In this document: positions 37,710-50,602 of the stretch, in pieces
How the letters are laid out: the number at the start of each line of letters is the position of its first letter
Numbering within the stretch: position 1 is the first letter of the stretch
Source of the DNA: Squalus acanthias
Taxonomy: Eukaryota
NCBI GenBank assembly: GCA_030390025.1
Contig: CM059432.1
Span: 120,220,001-120,284,000 of the forward strand
Length of the DNA stretch: 64,000 nt
Direction: 5' to 3'
Made by a program: the position numbers and the translations under genes
Notes under the pieces: model-generated
What the model saw: the letters and a program-made list of their open reading frames with translations, nothing else
What the model was told of the DNA's origin: nothing
Database searches by the model: none

Positions 37710-38924
37710 ATGGGTGCCATTTTTACTGTCTCAACTTGGTCCTCAGAATCGTACCACGAGGCACCAGGCACATCAGCAGCACCAACAACAGCACCACCAA
37801 ACTTCTCCTCAACCACCTGATGCTGCACAGGACAGAGGGCATCAGTGCAGGGCTGCACCACGCCAGAGGCGATACCCCCAACACAGGGTATACAGGCAGA
37901 GGATGAGCTTCCTCAACATCAGGCACAATCGCGCCAGGTCATCACAGACATTTGCACATTGCAGGAGCAAGACGTACAGCCCAGAGGAACGGGTGAACAC
38001 GCCCTAGCAATGGCTGTCAAAGTCACCAGTGCCCTCAACTTCTTCACCTCAGGCTACTTCCAGGGATCTGCAGCAGACATTTGCGGCATCTCGCAGTTGG
38101 CCACCCACAGATGCATCGCACAGGTCACCGATGCCCTGTTTGACAATTCTTCACTTCACCTGATGTATTTCTTCACTTCACCTGACGAAGGAGCAGCCGC
38201 TCCGAAAGCTTGTGATTTCAAATAAAACTGTTGGACTATAACCTGGTGTTGTGTGACTTCTCACTTTTGACAATTCAGCCAATTATATCAAATTTGCCAC
38301 TGATGAAGCCAGTGTTGCTGTGCGGGCATTTGGCTTTGCCACTCTGGTTGGCTTCCCATGGGTGCAGGGCATCGTCGATTGCGCACATGTGGCCATCAGG
38401 GCACCCCACCATCACCCAGGAGTCTTTGTCAACCGCAAGGGCTTCCACTCCCTCAATATGCAGCTGGTCTGCAGCCATAGGAAGATCATCATGCATGTGT
38501 GCGCCAAATTCCATGGCAGCTGCCATGACTCTTTCTTCCTTCACCAGTGCAGCCTCCCTCAGCTCTTCGCTCCTGTGTCACAGAGCAGACAATAGGCATG
38601 CTGAAAATGCGCTTCAGATGCCTTGACAGATCTGGAGGAGCCCTTCAGTATGCACCAGCCAGGGTCTCCAGAATTGTCGTGGTCTGATGCGCGCCGCACA
38701 ACATAGCGCAGCAGCGAAGATTAGCGCTGCAAGAAGAGCAAGGCACTGAGCGCACAGCCTCTTCAGAGGAGGAGGAGCAGGAGGAGGAAGAGGAGGACGT
38801 GCATCAGCTGGAAGACGAAGAGGAGGAGGAGCTGGAGGAACCTGCGGTCCAGATCCCACCAGCGCCCGAGCACATTGCTGCCCGGGAGGCCAGAGATGGG
38901 CTCGTCATGGCCAGATTTACTTAA
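37710..38924 (+). pseudogene. Harbinger transposase pseudogene with internal deletion and Penelope-like insert
   Basis: [48 protein letters not shown]. The LLGD segment is missing near 38575. Confidence 0.88.
38150..38265 (+). mobile_element. Solo Penelope-like terminus with hammerhead motif (38178-38215)
   Basis: Homologous to 35621-35714. TCAC-CTGACGA-A-GGAGC(AGCC)GCTCC-GAAA-GCTT-GTGA. 11-bp TSD TTTGACAATTC (38139-38149 and 38266-38276). Confidence 0.85.
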
Positions 38925-39387
38925 CTTTATGCAGAACACCCATATGGTTGCCACATGCTGCACCATGTTGGCACCACCCCACAGCAACACCATAAAGCAT
39001 CCCTACAATGACCAGGCCATTCCTTTCACACTGACCACTATTGCTGGAGGTAACGTTATGTCTCACCATTCACTGCAACTCACTAAGCCACTTTCAAAGG
39101 TGCACACAAATTTGTCCAAGCCCAGAAAGTGGTGAAAAGGTTGTTATGTTTGACAGCACAAAAACGGAATCTTTACATAAACATTGATTAAAACTCTGAA
39201 ATGGCTACCATTGTGAATCTACTTGTGTGTCATCTTTTTCTTACGTGTGCTTCTACGAGGTGCTACCCCTGTGGCATCAGTAGAGGTAGAGGCAGCCTGC
39301 TCACTTCCCTGCTGAGACTGCTTAGACACTCTTAGACACACGCCGATCACCCACACCCGACACCCCCAGGTAAAGAAAATTCTGGCC

Positions 39388-40410
39388 TATGACTTTGGCA
39401 GCATTTTCTTCCTTGGTAAAGACAGATGCAAAGCACTTATTTAGTACCTCAGCCATGCCCTCTGCCTCCATGTCTCCTTTTTGGTCCCTAATCGGCCGAA
39501 CCCCATCTCTTAATATCCGTTTATTATTTATATGCCTATTGAAGTCTTTTGGATACCCTTTTATGTTTGCTGCCAATCTATTCTCATACTCTCGCTTTGC
39601 TCCTCTTATTTTCTTTTTCATTTCCCCTCTGAACTTTCTATATTCAGCCTGGTTCTCACTTGTACTCTCAACCTGACATCTGTCATACGCTCCTTTTTCT
39701 GCTTCATCTCAGTCTCTATCTCTTTCGTCATCCAGGGAGCTCTGGCTTTGGTTGCCCTACCTTTCTCCCTCATGGGAATGTACCTCGACTGTACCTGAAC
39801 CATCTTCTCTTTAAAGGCAGCCCATTATTCGAGCCAGGTCTCCGTTATCGCCACGACATCATATTTCCATGTGGCTATTTGTGCCTGCAGCTCACCAACC
39901 TTATTTACCATGCTTCGTGCGTTTACACACATGCACTGTAAACCTGTCTTAGGCCTTCTTGTATTCTCTCTTAGTCTGACCCCACCTAATACCGTACTGT
40001 TTCTTACTCTAGTACTATATTTCTCTCCCAATCCATTGTGCACCTTGATTCTCCTTTCGAATGGTACACCCTGGTGCCCATCCCCCTGCCAAATTAGTTT
40101 AAACTCTCCCCAACAGCACTAGCAAACCTCCTCCCACCCCCCACGAGGATATTGGTTCCGGCTCTGTTGAGGTGCAACCCATCCGGACTGTAGAGGTCCC
40201 ACCTCCCCCAGAACCAGTCCCAATGTCCCAGGAATCTAAAGCCCTCCCTCCTACACCATCTCTCCAGCCACACATTCATCTGCTCTATCCTCCTATTTCT
40301 ATACTCCCAAGCTTGTGGTACTGGGTGTAATCTGGAAAATAATACTTTTGATGTCCTGCTTTTTAATCTCTTTCCTAGCTCCCTAAAATATGCCTGCAGG
40401 ACCTCAGCCT
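39388..40410 (-). mobile_element. CR1 5' part: ORF1 esterase (SGNH/GDSL-like) remnant plus ORF2 N-terminus, with most of the endonuclease deleted
   Basis: NVWLERWCRREGFRF...DGLHLNRAGT; CMCVNARSMVNK...VAITETWL joined directly to APWMTKEI...AEVLNKCFASVF. Confidence 0.88.
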
Positions 40411-40439
40411 CTTTGCATCTTCCTCACATCTTACTTTTC

Positions 40440-40660
40440 CACCTAGCTTTGTATTGTCAGCAAATTTGGATATATTACACTCAGTCCCCTCATCTAAGTC
40501 AAATATAGATTGTAAATAGCTGAAGCCCAAGCACTGAGCCTTGAAGCACAACACTAGTTAAATCCTGCCATCCAAAAAAATTACCCTTTTATTCCTACTC
40601 TCAGTTTTCTGTCCATTAACAAATCCTCAATCCATGTTAAAATATTAACTCTAATCCCAT
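40440..40660 (-). mobile_element. CR1 RT fragment
   Basis: Minus strand encodes an ISKFADNTKL-like motif (CTAGCTTTGTATTGTCAGCAAATTTGG on +). Confidence 0.65.
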
Positions 40661-40699
40661 GAGTCCTAATCTTTCACTGATGTCATCAGCCAAGTTTGA

Positions 40700-40930
40700 A
40701 ATGTCTCCGAGCAGCTACCCCTTAAGTCTGCTTCCAGGTCCAAAGACATCAGGGAGCTTGGCGTGCCGCAGGACAAAAGCATCATGGCAGCTCCCTGGGA
40801 ATTTTGTGCACACCTGCATAAAGACCTTTTTGTGGTTGCACACCAGCTTCACATTGATGGAGTGGAAGCCCTTGCGGTTCATGGATAATTCTGGTTGATC
40901 TGGGAGTGCACAGATTGCCATTGATCCAAT
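40700..40930 (-). pseudogene. Harbinger transposase fragment
   Basis: NRKGFHSINVKLVCNH...FPGSCHDAFVLR. Confidence 0.85.
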
Positions 40931-42932
40931 AGTTTATAAAACTGCAGTCTTTCCAGCTGAGGAGCATGATTTGGAAAAATGTTGTTGTCTCAGCAACTTC
41001 AGAATCTATGGTGGTCCAAAATAGACCAACCAGTCATAGTAGGAGTGCCGCATACCTCACGTTTAGGGTCGTTGTGTTGGTGCTGACCACAGTGGCTGGG
41101 CTGGGGGTAACAGAGGCTACCCCACCTTGTCCAAGGGAGTCATTAAATTGGAATACTATTCTTGCACCACCTGGAGGGGTGGGCTGTACCTGCAGTCTCC
41201 CTCTTGTGTCAGACTATCTTACGCTTTGTGGGGTTTGGGGGAGTTGAGGGTTTGGCAAAGATCTATTGTTCTATGTGTCTCTGTGTATTGCTTGTTGCAT
41301 TTCTAGCCTTACTAACAGCTGAAAAACCACTTGTCTGACTTAGATATGCCCTGTAAATGCTTGATCTAATTGTGTTAAGTTACATCATATTAAATTAGCT
41401 CAATATTGAGTGTGATACAAACTTACCACTGAGTGACAACAATCGTAGTTTAAGAAAATTTAACAGGTTGTTCCTAAAAATATAAAAGTTGTTATATCCA
41501 ACCCAACACTGAAAAGCCTCCTATGTTTACTGACACTACTCAGAGACAGAAAGTGAAACATTCGAGGCTGGACTTTGCGGTCAGCGTTTACGCATTTAAC
41601 TGTGCATGTGCGGTTGCTGGAAGTTGCTGTCCGATTTTCACGTTGATAACGGTGAGCGCTGTTAGCCTCACAATTATTGTTACCGCAAAATCCGACCCAT
41701 TGAATTGAATGCACTGACTTATGCTGGGTCTCTTCCAATGGCAACAACTGCCGTCCATTATTTGGCTCATGTGAACAGTCTCCCAGTGTGAGCCGAGACA
41801 TTGACTATCAGCTGGGTGATTTGACCATGCAGGGTATTAAATCCAAATAGATCCTTTCCTCATCTGATGCTCACATGAGCATGGATGAATTTTTTTTTAC
41901 CTTACCAATATGAAGCCTGGGGGAGCAGGAGAGCTCCTCCTGCCTCCACAGTGAGACTGCGACGGCTGCCAGCCGGCACTTGCCCACCTCCCGATTGCCT
42001 CTCCACCTTCCCGGCTTCACCTGTATGCCTTGGCTGGCCTGCAAGTGCCTGGACCAGCAAGCTGCATTGGCCAGACCGATCGGCAGCCGCAGCTCACCGC
42101 ATTTGTGACGACGATGCCCGAGGACCAGTGTCGGGCGGCCCGAGGACCTCTCTGTTCTGGCATGTCTTGGTTGTGTGCTGCATAGTTTTGGCCGATGATG
42201 AATTTAGGCCCCAATCTATCTAGCCGTGAACCCTCAATCTATCTCGAATCTACCCTGGTTCTCTGCAGGAACTAATGGCACTGAAACTTTATAGAAGTAG
42301 GAGGAGAACTGACTTAGTTAAATTAAGAGTTGGGAAGCAGCAGACTTTAGGATCAGATCGCTGCAGGAACCATTCTGATTTCCGATTCCACAAGTGGTTC
42401 ACAGTCATTGTCGGTTGCTAATTCTCACTTGAACAGTGTTAACACATCAGCATCTGAGTTGTCACCTTCCTGAAAGAAGCAGCACTTAACCTGATATAAA
42501 AATGAATTCAACTAAAATAGCACATTGTTGGTGGTGTAAGTCTGAGCAAACTTAATTATTCTTTTTAATTACGATTATATCATTTATTTTCCTACTGTAT
42601 TGTCAAGAAAGTTTCCAACGGCGTCTGTTGATTGTGCTGCACTGATTCTTGAAGGATTAGCTAATCCTTGCTTTCATCACTCTTGCTCACCTGCTGGTAT
42701 TGCTTGATCATGAGGCTCGGCCCTGGAGACAGCTCCACATTACCTTGTTATTGGCATATCCCTCTTGCCTGTTGCTTGGAATCAACATTTACAGCTGTTT
42801 GGTTAAGTTGGCTGCTTTGCCCCTCATCAATGTTTTCAATTTCTTGTGAGATGTTGTTCACCGCCACTGACTTCAGAGTGTGCCCAGGCCGATGCAGTTA
42901 GAGGTCAATCGAAAGATTTTACATTTCAAAGG

Positions 42933-43468
42933 ACATTGGAACAAAAGTAGGCCATTCAACCCCTCGAGCCTGTTCCGCCATTCAGTTAGATCATGGCTGA
43001 TCTGAATCTTAACTCCTTCTACCCGCCTTGGTTCCGTAATCCTTAATACCCTTGCCAAACAAAAATCTATCAATCTCAGTTTTAAAATTTTCAGTTGACC
43101 CCCAGCCTCAACAGCTTTTTGGAGAGAGTTCCAGATTTTCACTACCCTTTGTGTGAAGAAGTGCTTCCTGACATCACCCCTGAACTGCCGAGCTCTAATT
43201 TTAAGGTTATGCCCCCTGTTCTGGACTCCCCCACCAGACAAAAATAGTTTCTCTCTATATACCCGATCAACTCTTTTAATCATCTTACACACCTCCTTAT
43301 ATCACTCCTTAATCTTATACTCAAGGGAATGTAAGCCTAGTCTATGCAACCTGTCCTAATAATTTAACCCTTTTAACCCCGGTATTATTCTGGTGAATCT
43401 GCACTGCACCCCCTCCAAGGCTAATATATCCTTCCTGAGGTGCGGTGACCAGATTTGAATGCAGTGTA
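42933..43468 (-). mobile_element. CR1 LINE 3' fragment
   Basis: RGHNLKIRARQFRGDVRKHFFTQRVVKIWNSL; 3' UTR CTCGAGGGGTTGAATGGCCTAC. Confidence 0.9.
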
Positions 43469-44061
43469 GTTCTCATCTATAGTGGGAGTTACTTATTATG
43501 GTGGGACGTTACATCGAGGCAATCTGATGGTCAAATAGGGTAAATCATGCCATAAACGAACAGCTCCCTCGATGCTCTCTCCAGCTGGGTTATTTTTTGT
43601 TAGTGATTCAATGTTTGAATATCCAGCCTGTAACTATAGGTTCTATTTTTAAGCAGACAATACAAGTTGCCATTACTTCAAACACACCTTCCATCAAATG
43701 CCAATGATCAGTCACAATTCCAGAATGTGGGCGTCACTTGGTGAAGCTATTTTTCGGTCACATAACATGTTTCTGCTGCTCCGTCAGACCTTTCACCATG
43801 TTAAATTTACTATTCTGTGAGTCTTTGCACAAATGCACAAGTTCATGTTTCGGATGCATTCTTGTCCTCTGGATAGTTCTGCTCCAAATGTAGCAAGCTC
43901 TTTACTAATGTCTGTGTGTGACGTCAGTTCAAATGATGTGAAACCCTGACCTCCTGTCAATTAAATTAGCTAGCCAGAACAATCCAGCTGTCACCATTGG
44001 GACTGGAATATTCACAAGTCCAAAGGAATTTTAGGGGTCTCTGCATCAATCTCAGAGATTT

Positions 44062-44248
44062 GGGCCTAGAAATTCGTCTCGTGCGGTGACGCAAAGTGGG
44101 CGGTATCGGATCGGCCGCCCGTTCTACGCAGTGCCTGATATTCAGTTCAATTGACTGCAATGGACCTGAATATCAGGAGCTGCGTATAACGGGCGGCCAA
44201 TCCGTTACCGCCCGCTTTGCGCCATCGCCCGAGACGAATTTCTAGCCC
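44062..44248. mobile_element. Fold-back (hairpin) Harbinger-type MITE
   Basis: Arms GGCCTAGAAATTCGTCTCG...CCTGATATTCAG / CTGAATATCAGG...CGAGACGAATTTCTAGCC pair along almost the whole length. Confidence 0.9.
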
Positions 44249-45206
44249 ATAGTGTTTGTAGTGGAAGTTTTTTGCAAGATTACTTTACTTTCTTTCCTTT
44301 TTGACCTTTTCCTATCCTTCTCCTATTCTCATGTTTCTCTATTTCCACTATCCATTTTAATGTTATGTGCCTTCACTGTTTTATGTCTTTTTCCTTATAT
44401 GTTCTTCGCTTCTGTTTCTTTTTTCCTTTCCAAGGCATGCTGAAATGTGACACCAAATGGTCAGCAGCAGTGAGCAGTTACCAAATATGAACTCAAAATT
44501 AATTCCAGCAATGCCATTCAATGGTAGCGTACACTATAGCAACACATCTCATCCCAGTTCAGAGCACTTGCCAACTCACTTGCAATAAGGTCTGATGCTT
44601 TACCATGTTACGGGTGTACAACAGTTGTTCATTTGCCTCTTTTAGCAAATAAGTAAATATTTACTATTTTACACTACACCTCACGAGCAGTGTATGCTTG
44701 AGTCTTATTGAGCAGAAGCCTTCCAATTAAAACATTTGAGTGTAAATTTTCCAATCTGTGCGAGTTTGTATGTGAGAGCTTCATTTGCCATGCATCCTGC
44801 ATGCAAATGAATGGCTTTTGGTGCTCCACTGTTTGCCTGATCTTTGGGTAGGGGTCTCCCCGCTCCCAACAATCCTTCTGCCCATTCACAGTACACGTTA
44901 AATTTAAGCTACATAAATAATGCAGCTGTCAAAGGGACACGAATATCCTGAAATTCTGCAAGGGTTATCCTGGATTGCCACTGTATCTGGTTGCAAACCC
45001 GCGGAACCCTCAAAGAGACTTGGCTTGACCCTGTTAAGGCGGGTGACCAGGGGAACGTCCTTGGAATTTCAGGGCCAAGCTTTTATAGTTAGATGTTTTG
45101 TTGGATTTTTTATCCATTTTTTGGGAGCTTTTCTAAATGTTGGAATGTTACTTAGTTCTTTAATCACACCATGGAAGAATGTTGCTAGACAAGCATCTGA
45201 AACATT

Positions 45207-47764
45207 GGGGGGAATTTTAACCCCCCACCCCCAGCCCCTCTCACCATGATGGGCGGGAGATTGTCAGTGGGGTGGGGGGGGGGCGAGGGGCAGCTGGTGG
45301 AACTAAATTGTTAAAAATGTGAAAATCGACCCCAACCAGCCGCGAATGTGCATACTTCCTGTTTAACCACGGCGGGTTTGGGTGCGACCGAGTAACCGGC
45401 TCTGGAGAGGCAAGTCGATAATTATATTATTTAAATGAGGGTCATTTCTGGAGATATTGACAGCGATTTGGAATTAATGCCTCCAGCACAGGTTTCCCGG
45501 GGTCCGGGAAACTCGGCATTAAAACAGAGCGACACTTCATGGGGATAGTTAAAGGTCAGGAATCCTGAGATTAATAAAGGCCCAGTGCTCAAAGTTGCTG
45601 GGAAACAGTTTGGTGAGAGTTCTTGTTGAGAGAGCTATTGGTACAGTTTGGAGGTTTTCACACAGAGAACATTAGGATGGCTGGTGCCATGGCTGCTTGT
45701 GGTTGTACTTCAGATGAGGAAGACAATCAGCATCCACAGCAGCAAGGGCATGCTGTAGAGGGAGGTGCAGGTGGACAACAGAGAGCGGAGCAACAGAGGG
45801 GTCAAAGTCACAGGAGGCACTACCCACCTAACAGGATGTACAGACAGAGGCTCAGCTTCCTTGACCTCTTGGAAGAGTGGATCCAAAGGCTCAGATTGTC
45901 AAGTTAGGTGGTCAAAATAGCAGCAGCCTCCTAGAAGAAGACCTGCTACCTGCTGGACCCAGTGGCCATGCATTACCAGTGGCTGTGAAAGTCACCACCA
46001 CCCTCCATTTTTTTGCCTGTGGTTCTTTCCAGGAAGCTACCAGAGGCATATCGAGAGTTTCGCATTCAGCAGCACATAAATGCATATGGCAGGTGACTGA
46101 TGGATTGTTTGCCAGGGCTGGGAGCTATGTAAACTTCCCCTGTGATGACAATAGCCAGAATAAGCGGGCACTGGGATTCGCGTCTCTGGCTTGCTTCCCA
46201 CAGGTGCAGGATACCATCGATTGCACACACACGGGGCAATCCAAGCACCACTAGATCAACCAGAAGTATTCATCAACCACAAGGAATTTCATTCCATCAA
46301 AGTTCAGCTGGTGTGCAACCACAAGAAAAGGATCATGCAGGTCTGCACAGATTCCCTGGGAGCTGCCAAGATGCTTTCATACTGTGGCATTTCAATATCC
46401 CCGACCTGTTCGTACCTGGAACTACCCTTAAGGGGTGGCTGTTAGGCGACAAATGATACCCACTTCTAACCTGGCTGATGCTATCTCTGAGCAACCCCAT
46501 CAATGAACCCCAAGTGCGTTATAATGCCAGCCATATGACAACCAGATGTGCCATCGAGCAAGCCATCAGCATACTCAAGATACATTTAAGCAGCCTGGGC
46601 AGATCTGGAGGCGCCCTTCAGTACTCGCCAGTGAGGGTCTCTAGGTAAATTGTCATGTGCTGTGTTCTGTACAACATAGTGCAGCAGCAAGGACTAGTGA
46701 TGGAGGAGGAAGAATCCGCTCAGCACTCTTCACCTGATGACAATTCCAATGGAGAGAAGGAGGAAGATGAAGACGGGTCCCCAACGCTCACATTGCTGCT
46801 CGGGATGCCAGGGATGACTTAATAGCCCGAAGGTTCAGTTAGGCACTAGGACAAAGTAACAATCACATCCCGTGACCCTCCCCCCACACCCCCCCACCCC
46901 CACTCAAACAAAGCAGTCCTGTAAGCAACCACCCACCCATTGCACATGCACCAATTGGTCTCAGTCAATTCATGACTTTGCATTCATTACCAAGCAACTG
47001 AAAACCCGAGTTGTCACGCGGCAGGCAAGAATGGGGAACACGGGAAGGTGGTGCAAATTAATAAATTTACGTGAATAAATAAATAAATGAAACTTAATAA
47101 CACAACATTTTCATAAACATCCATGTGCATACCCTTGGTGAACTACAAACCTTTTTTTTTCCTTGCCCTACCGATCCCTGCTCTGACTGCTGAGATGCTC
47201 TTGGCCGACAACCTCTGGGTATTGGAGCCCGTGATGACCCGCCAAAGACTGCTCCACCTGCACTTGTGCAGGGGCAGACTCAGCCATCGGAAGAGGAGAC
47301 AACATGCCGCGTACTGACTAAGGTGGGAGAACGGGTGAGAAGTGGGAGTGCTTTGAGTGGGGTCCCCACTTCCATGTCCCCTTTCACCATCATCCCTCTC
47401 CTGGGCCGGCAGCACATCTCTTCTACCACTCTGCTATTGTATCTGTCATCCTATTTAAGGCAGCAGATATGTTGGCACAGCCATCGTCAGGGTCTGCAGG
47501 GACAGATTAGAGTGCAGCGATTGAAGTTCCACAGAGGAGGTCAGTCTAGCCAGGGAAGACATCCTTGCAATGGCCTGCGACATCAATACACAAATGCTGG
47601 AGCTGGATGCCTCCATCCTCTGTGCTATTGTGGAAAGTGTGCCTGGCATAACTGGCAGTACCTCGCACATTTCCTGCTGACCCTCTATCATTTTCCTTTT
47701 CATTGATGGCCTCTTGTTTTTTTTTCCTCTGTGCCTCGTAGGTTAAAATTTGAAATCTGCCCCC
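45207..47764 (+). mobile_element. Degenerate Harbinger (transposase pseudogene ~45677-46841 on +, Myb 3' remnant ~47120-47710 on -)
   Basis: ALPVAVKVTTTLHFFACGSFQ, TIDCTH, FHSIKVQLVCNH, WLLGDK. Termini GGGGGGAATTTTAACC / GGTTAAAATT...CCCCC. Confidence 0.82.
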
Positions 47765-48829
47765 TTAATATGATGGTCATATATTCAGTTAAAATCGGCC
47801 TGTTGGCTTAGAGATGAAGGCTCTGATATTCCGCTGGGCTTCTGCCTGGTTCCAAGTAGCGCTGGTGCAGGTGGGTGTGGGAAATTGGTTAGGGAGCTAT
47901 TCTGCTGGCTCCCTGCCACTTGCTGTCACGTCTGACATTTTTCACCAGAAGTGATGGCAGTCATTGAATACAACTGCCCAAATATGGGTTGCCTTATTCC
48001 CATTGCACAGTGATGACTGGGTGTCATCAAATGAAATTTTTTTCCAATTATCACCACCATAGCAACACTGGATGCCAAGAATGGTAGCATGTTCCTAGCA
48101 TCCAGGTGGTTGGGAGGGGAATTCAGTTTTGAAAGTTAAAAAGTGCCTTCTCAATTTTTACACTTTTTAAGAAAGAAATTGGCCTTCCTCTTCTGTCCCA
48201 GAGGCAGCTGATCCCACTCTGCTACTACAGGTGCCTGAGCCCAGCAGCCATTTTCCTCCCTTTCCCTGAGAAAGGCTCCCAGCACAGGTGGGAATCCTGT
48301 TGGCAGCCTGACAACATTATGCAAATTAAGCTGACTGAGGAAAATTCGCCGTGGTTAGGTGTGGCTATGTCAGATGCAAGCCATGCCCGCCTTACCATCT
48401 TCATGCCAAGTTTCAGCCAAAGTGGAAAAGTCCAGTTTAGAAATCTAGAGAAACCCACGAAATGTATGTTGGCATGCTAATATTTTGATTGCACAATTGT
48501 TTGAGCTGATGCCCCATCAGAACACTTCCTGTTAACTATTTGTATAAGTTGCTCATCAATTGAAATGCAAGACTATGTTACCTTGTTGAATAGTTTTGTA
48601 AACAGTAAATCTGATCAGATCAAAATGGACTGTTGAACAGGAAAACTACTTTTAGATCAAAGAGGAATCCTGGGACTAAGTCTTATAGAATTGCCAATTT
48701 TAACTCAGTTCAGTTTCGTCTTGCATGAAGCAAGGGGGGTGGGAGCCAGTTCCATGAGCATAGGCTCATATAATTCCTGCAAAAACGACTTGCTATTTTC
48801 AATAGGAAACACTGAGATCAATTAAAAAA

Positions 48830-50600
48830 GAAAGGTTGGGATAGGAATAGGGCCATTAAGGGATAGACAGGATAATACCACAGGTAACGATAGAGAGATG
48901 GCAGAAACATTAAATAATTATTTTGCTTCAGTATTTACATGACATTTGATGATGAGATTAGTAATGAGATAAGTGCATTTAAAATAAAAAGAGGGGATAT
49001 GTTAAATAAATTAATCAAACTCAAAGAGGATAAAACCCCTGGTCCGGATGGATTGCATCCACACAGTTTAAAAGAATCTACAGAAGAGATAGCAGAGTCA
49101 TTACTATGCATATTTAATCATTCATTAGAAAAAGGTGTAGTGCCAGAGGACTGGCAGATAGCTAACGTAATACCTATTTTTAAGTAGGGGGATAGAGCAT
49201 GCCCAGGGAATTATAGAGCAGTCAGCTTAACATCGGTGGTAGGAAAAATAATGGAATCCCTACTAAAGGAGAAAATAGAAGAACATCTAGGAACCAAAAA
49301 CATAGTAATGAATAGTCAGCATGGATTTCAAAAGGGAAAGTCTTGCTTGACCAATCTTATTGAATTTTTTGAAGAGGTAACAGAGAGAGTAGACAATAGT
49401 AATGCAGTAGATGTAATTTATCTAGATTTTCAAAAGGCCTTCGATAAGGTACCCCATAATAGACCGATGAACAAGGTCAGAGAATGCGGAGTCAAGGGAC
49501 AAGTAGCAGAATGGATAGCTAGCTGACTTCAATACAGAAAGCAGAGAGTAGGGGTAAAAGGTAGCTATTCACAGTGGCAGATCATGGGTAGTGGTGTTCC
49601 ACAAGGACTACTGTTGTTCACAATTTATATTAACAATTTAGACTTTGGAATCAAAAACACAATTTCTAAATTTGTGGATGACACCAAATTGGGGGGGATA
49701 GTCAATACTGAGGAGGTCTGGAACAAATTACAGGAGGACATTAATAAACTTGCAGAATGGGCATATGATTGGCAAATGAAGTTCAACACAGATAAATGTG
49801 AGGTATTACATTTTGGTAGGAAGAATAGGGAGGTCACTTATTACTTGGAGGATGCTTGTCTAGATGGGGTAGAGGAACAAAGGGATCTCGGAGTACAAAT
49901 ACACAAATCACTAAAAGTTGTGCCATAGGTTAGCAAGGCCATAAAAAAAGCAAACCAAGCACTAGGGTTTATTTCTAGAGGTACAGAATTGAAAAGTAGG
50001 GAAGTTATGCTAAATCTGTATCGAACCTTGGTTAGACCACGCTTACAGTACTGCGTACAGTTCTGGTCGCCATATTATAAAAAGGATATAGAGGCACTGG
50101 AGAGGGTGCAGAGAAGATTTACAAGGATGATAGCAGAAATGCGAGGGTATACAGATCAGGAAAGGATGAACAGGCTGGGTCTCTTTTCTCTTGGAAAAAG
50201 AAGGCTGCGGGGTGACCTAATAGAGGACTTTAAAATTATGAAAGGTTTTGATAGAGTGGATACAGAGAGAATGTTTCCACTTGTGGGGAAGAGCATAACT
50301 AGAGGCCATCAATATAAGATAGTCACCAAGAAATCCAATAGGGAATTCAGAAGAAACTTCTTTACCCAAAGAGTGGTGAGAATGTGGAACTCGCTACCAC
50401 AGGGAGTGGTTGAAACGAATAGTATAGATGCATTTAAGGGGAGGCTAGCCAAGCATATGAGGGAAAAGGGAATAGAGGGTTATGCTGATAGAGTTAGATG
50501 AGGAAAGACGGGAGGAGGCTCGAGTGGAGCATAAACACCAGCATGGACTGGTTGGGCCGAATCACCTGTTTCTGTGCCGTATATCCTTTGTAATCCTATG
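48830..50600 (+). mobile_element. 5'-truncated CR1 LINE with in-frame stops
   Basis: PGPDGLHP, SQHGFQKGKSCLTNL, LDFQKAFDKVPH, KFVDDTKL, LERVQRRFTRM; 3' UTR GGGCCGAATCACCTG. Confidence 0.95.
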
Positions 50601-50602
50601 TA

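Larger units (their letters stand above)
32478..39387 (+). mobile_element. Degenerate Harbinger (same family as 21698-25316) hosting nested insertions
   Basis: 32478-32744 plus 37704 onward is colinear with ~21967-23800. Right end CCCAGGTAAAGAAAATTCTGGCC at 39387 matches the 25316 end. Confidence 0.82.

Noticed and set aside
42600..42900. Possible hydrophobic exon or LTR-element remnant
   Set aside because: Frames on both strands contain stops, there is no consistent splice pair, and no recognisable motif.
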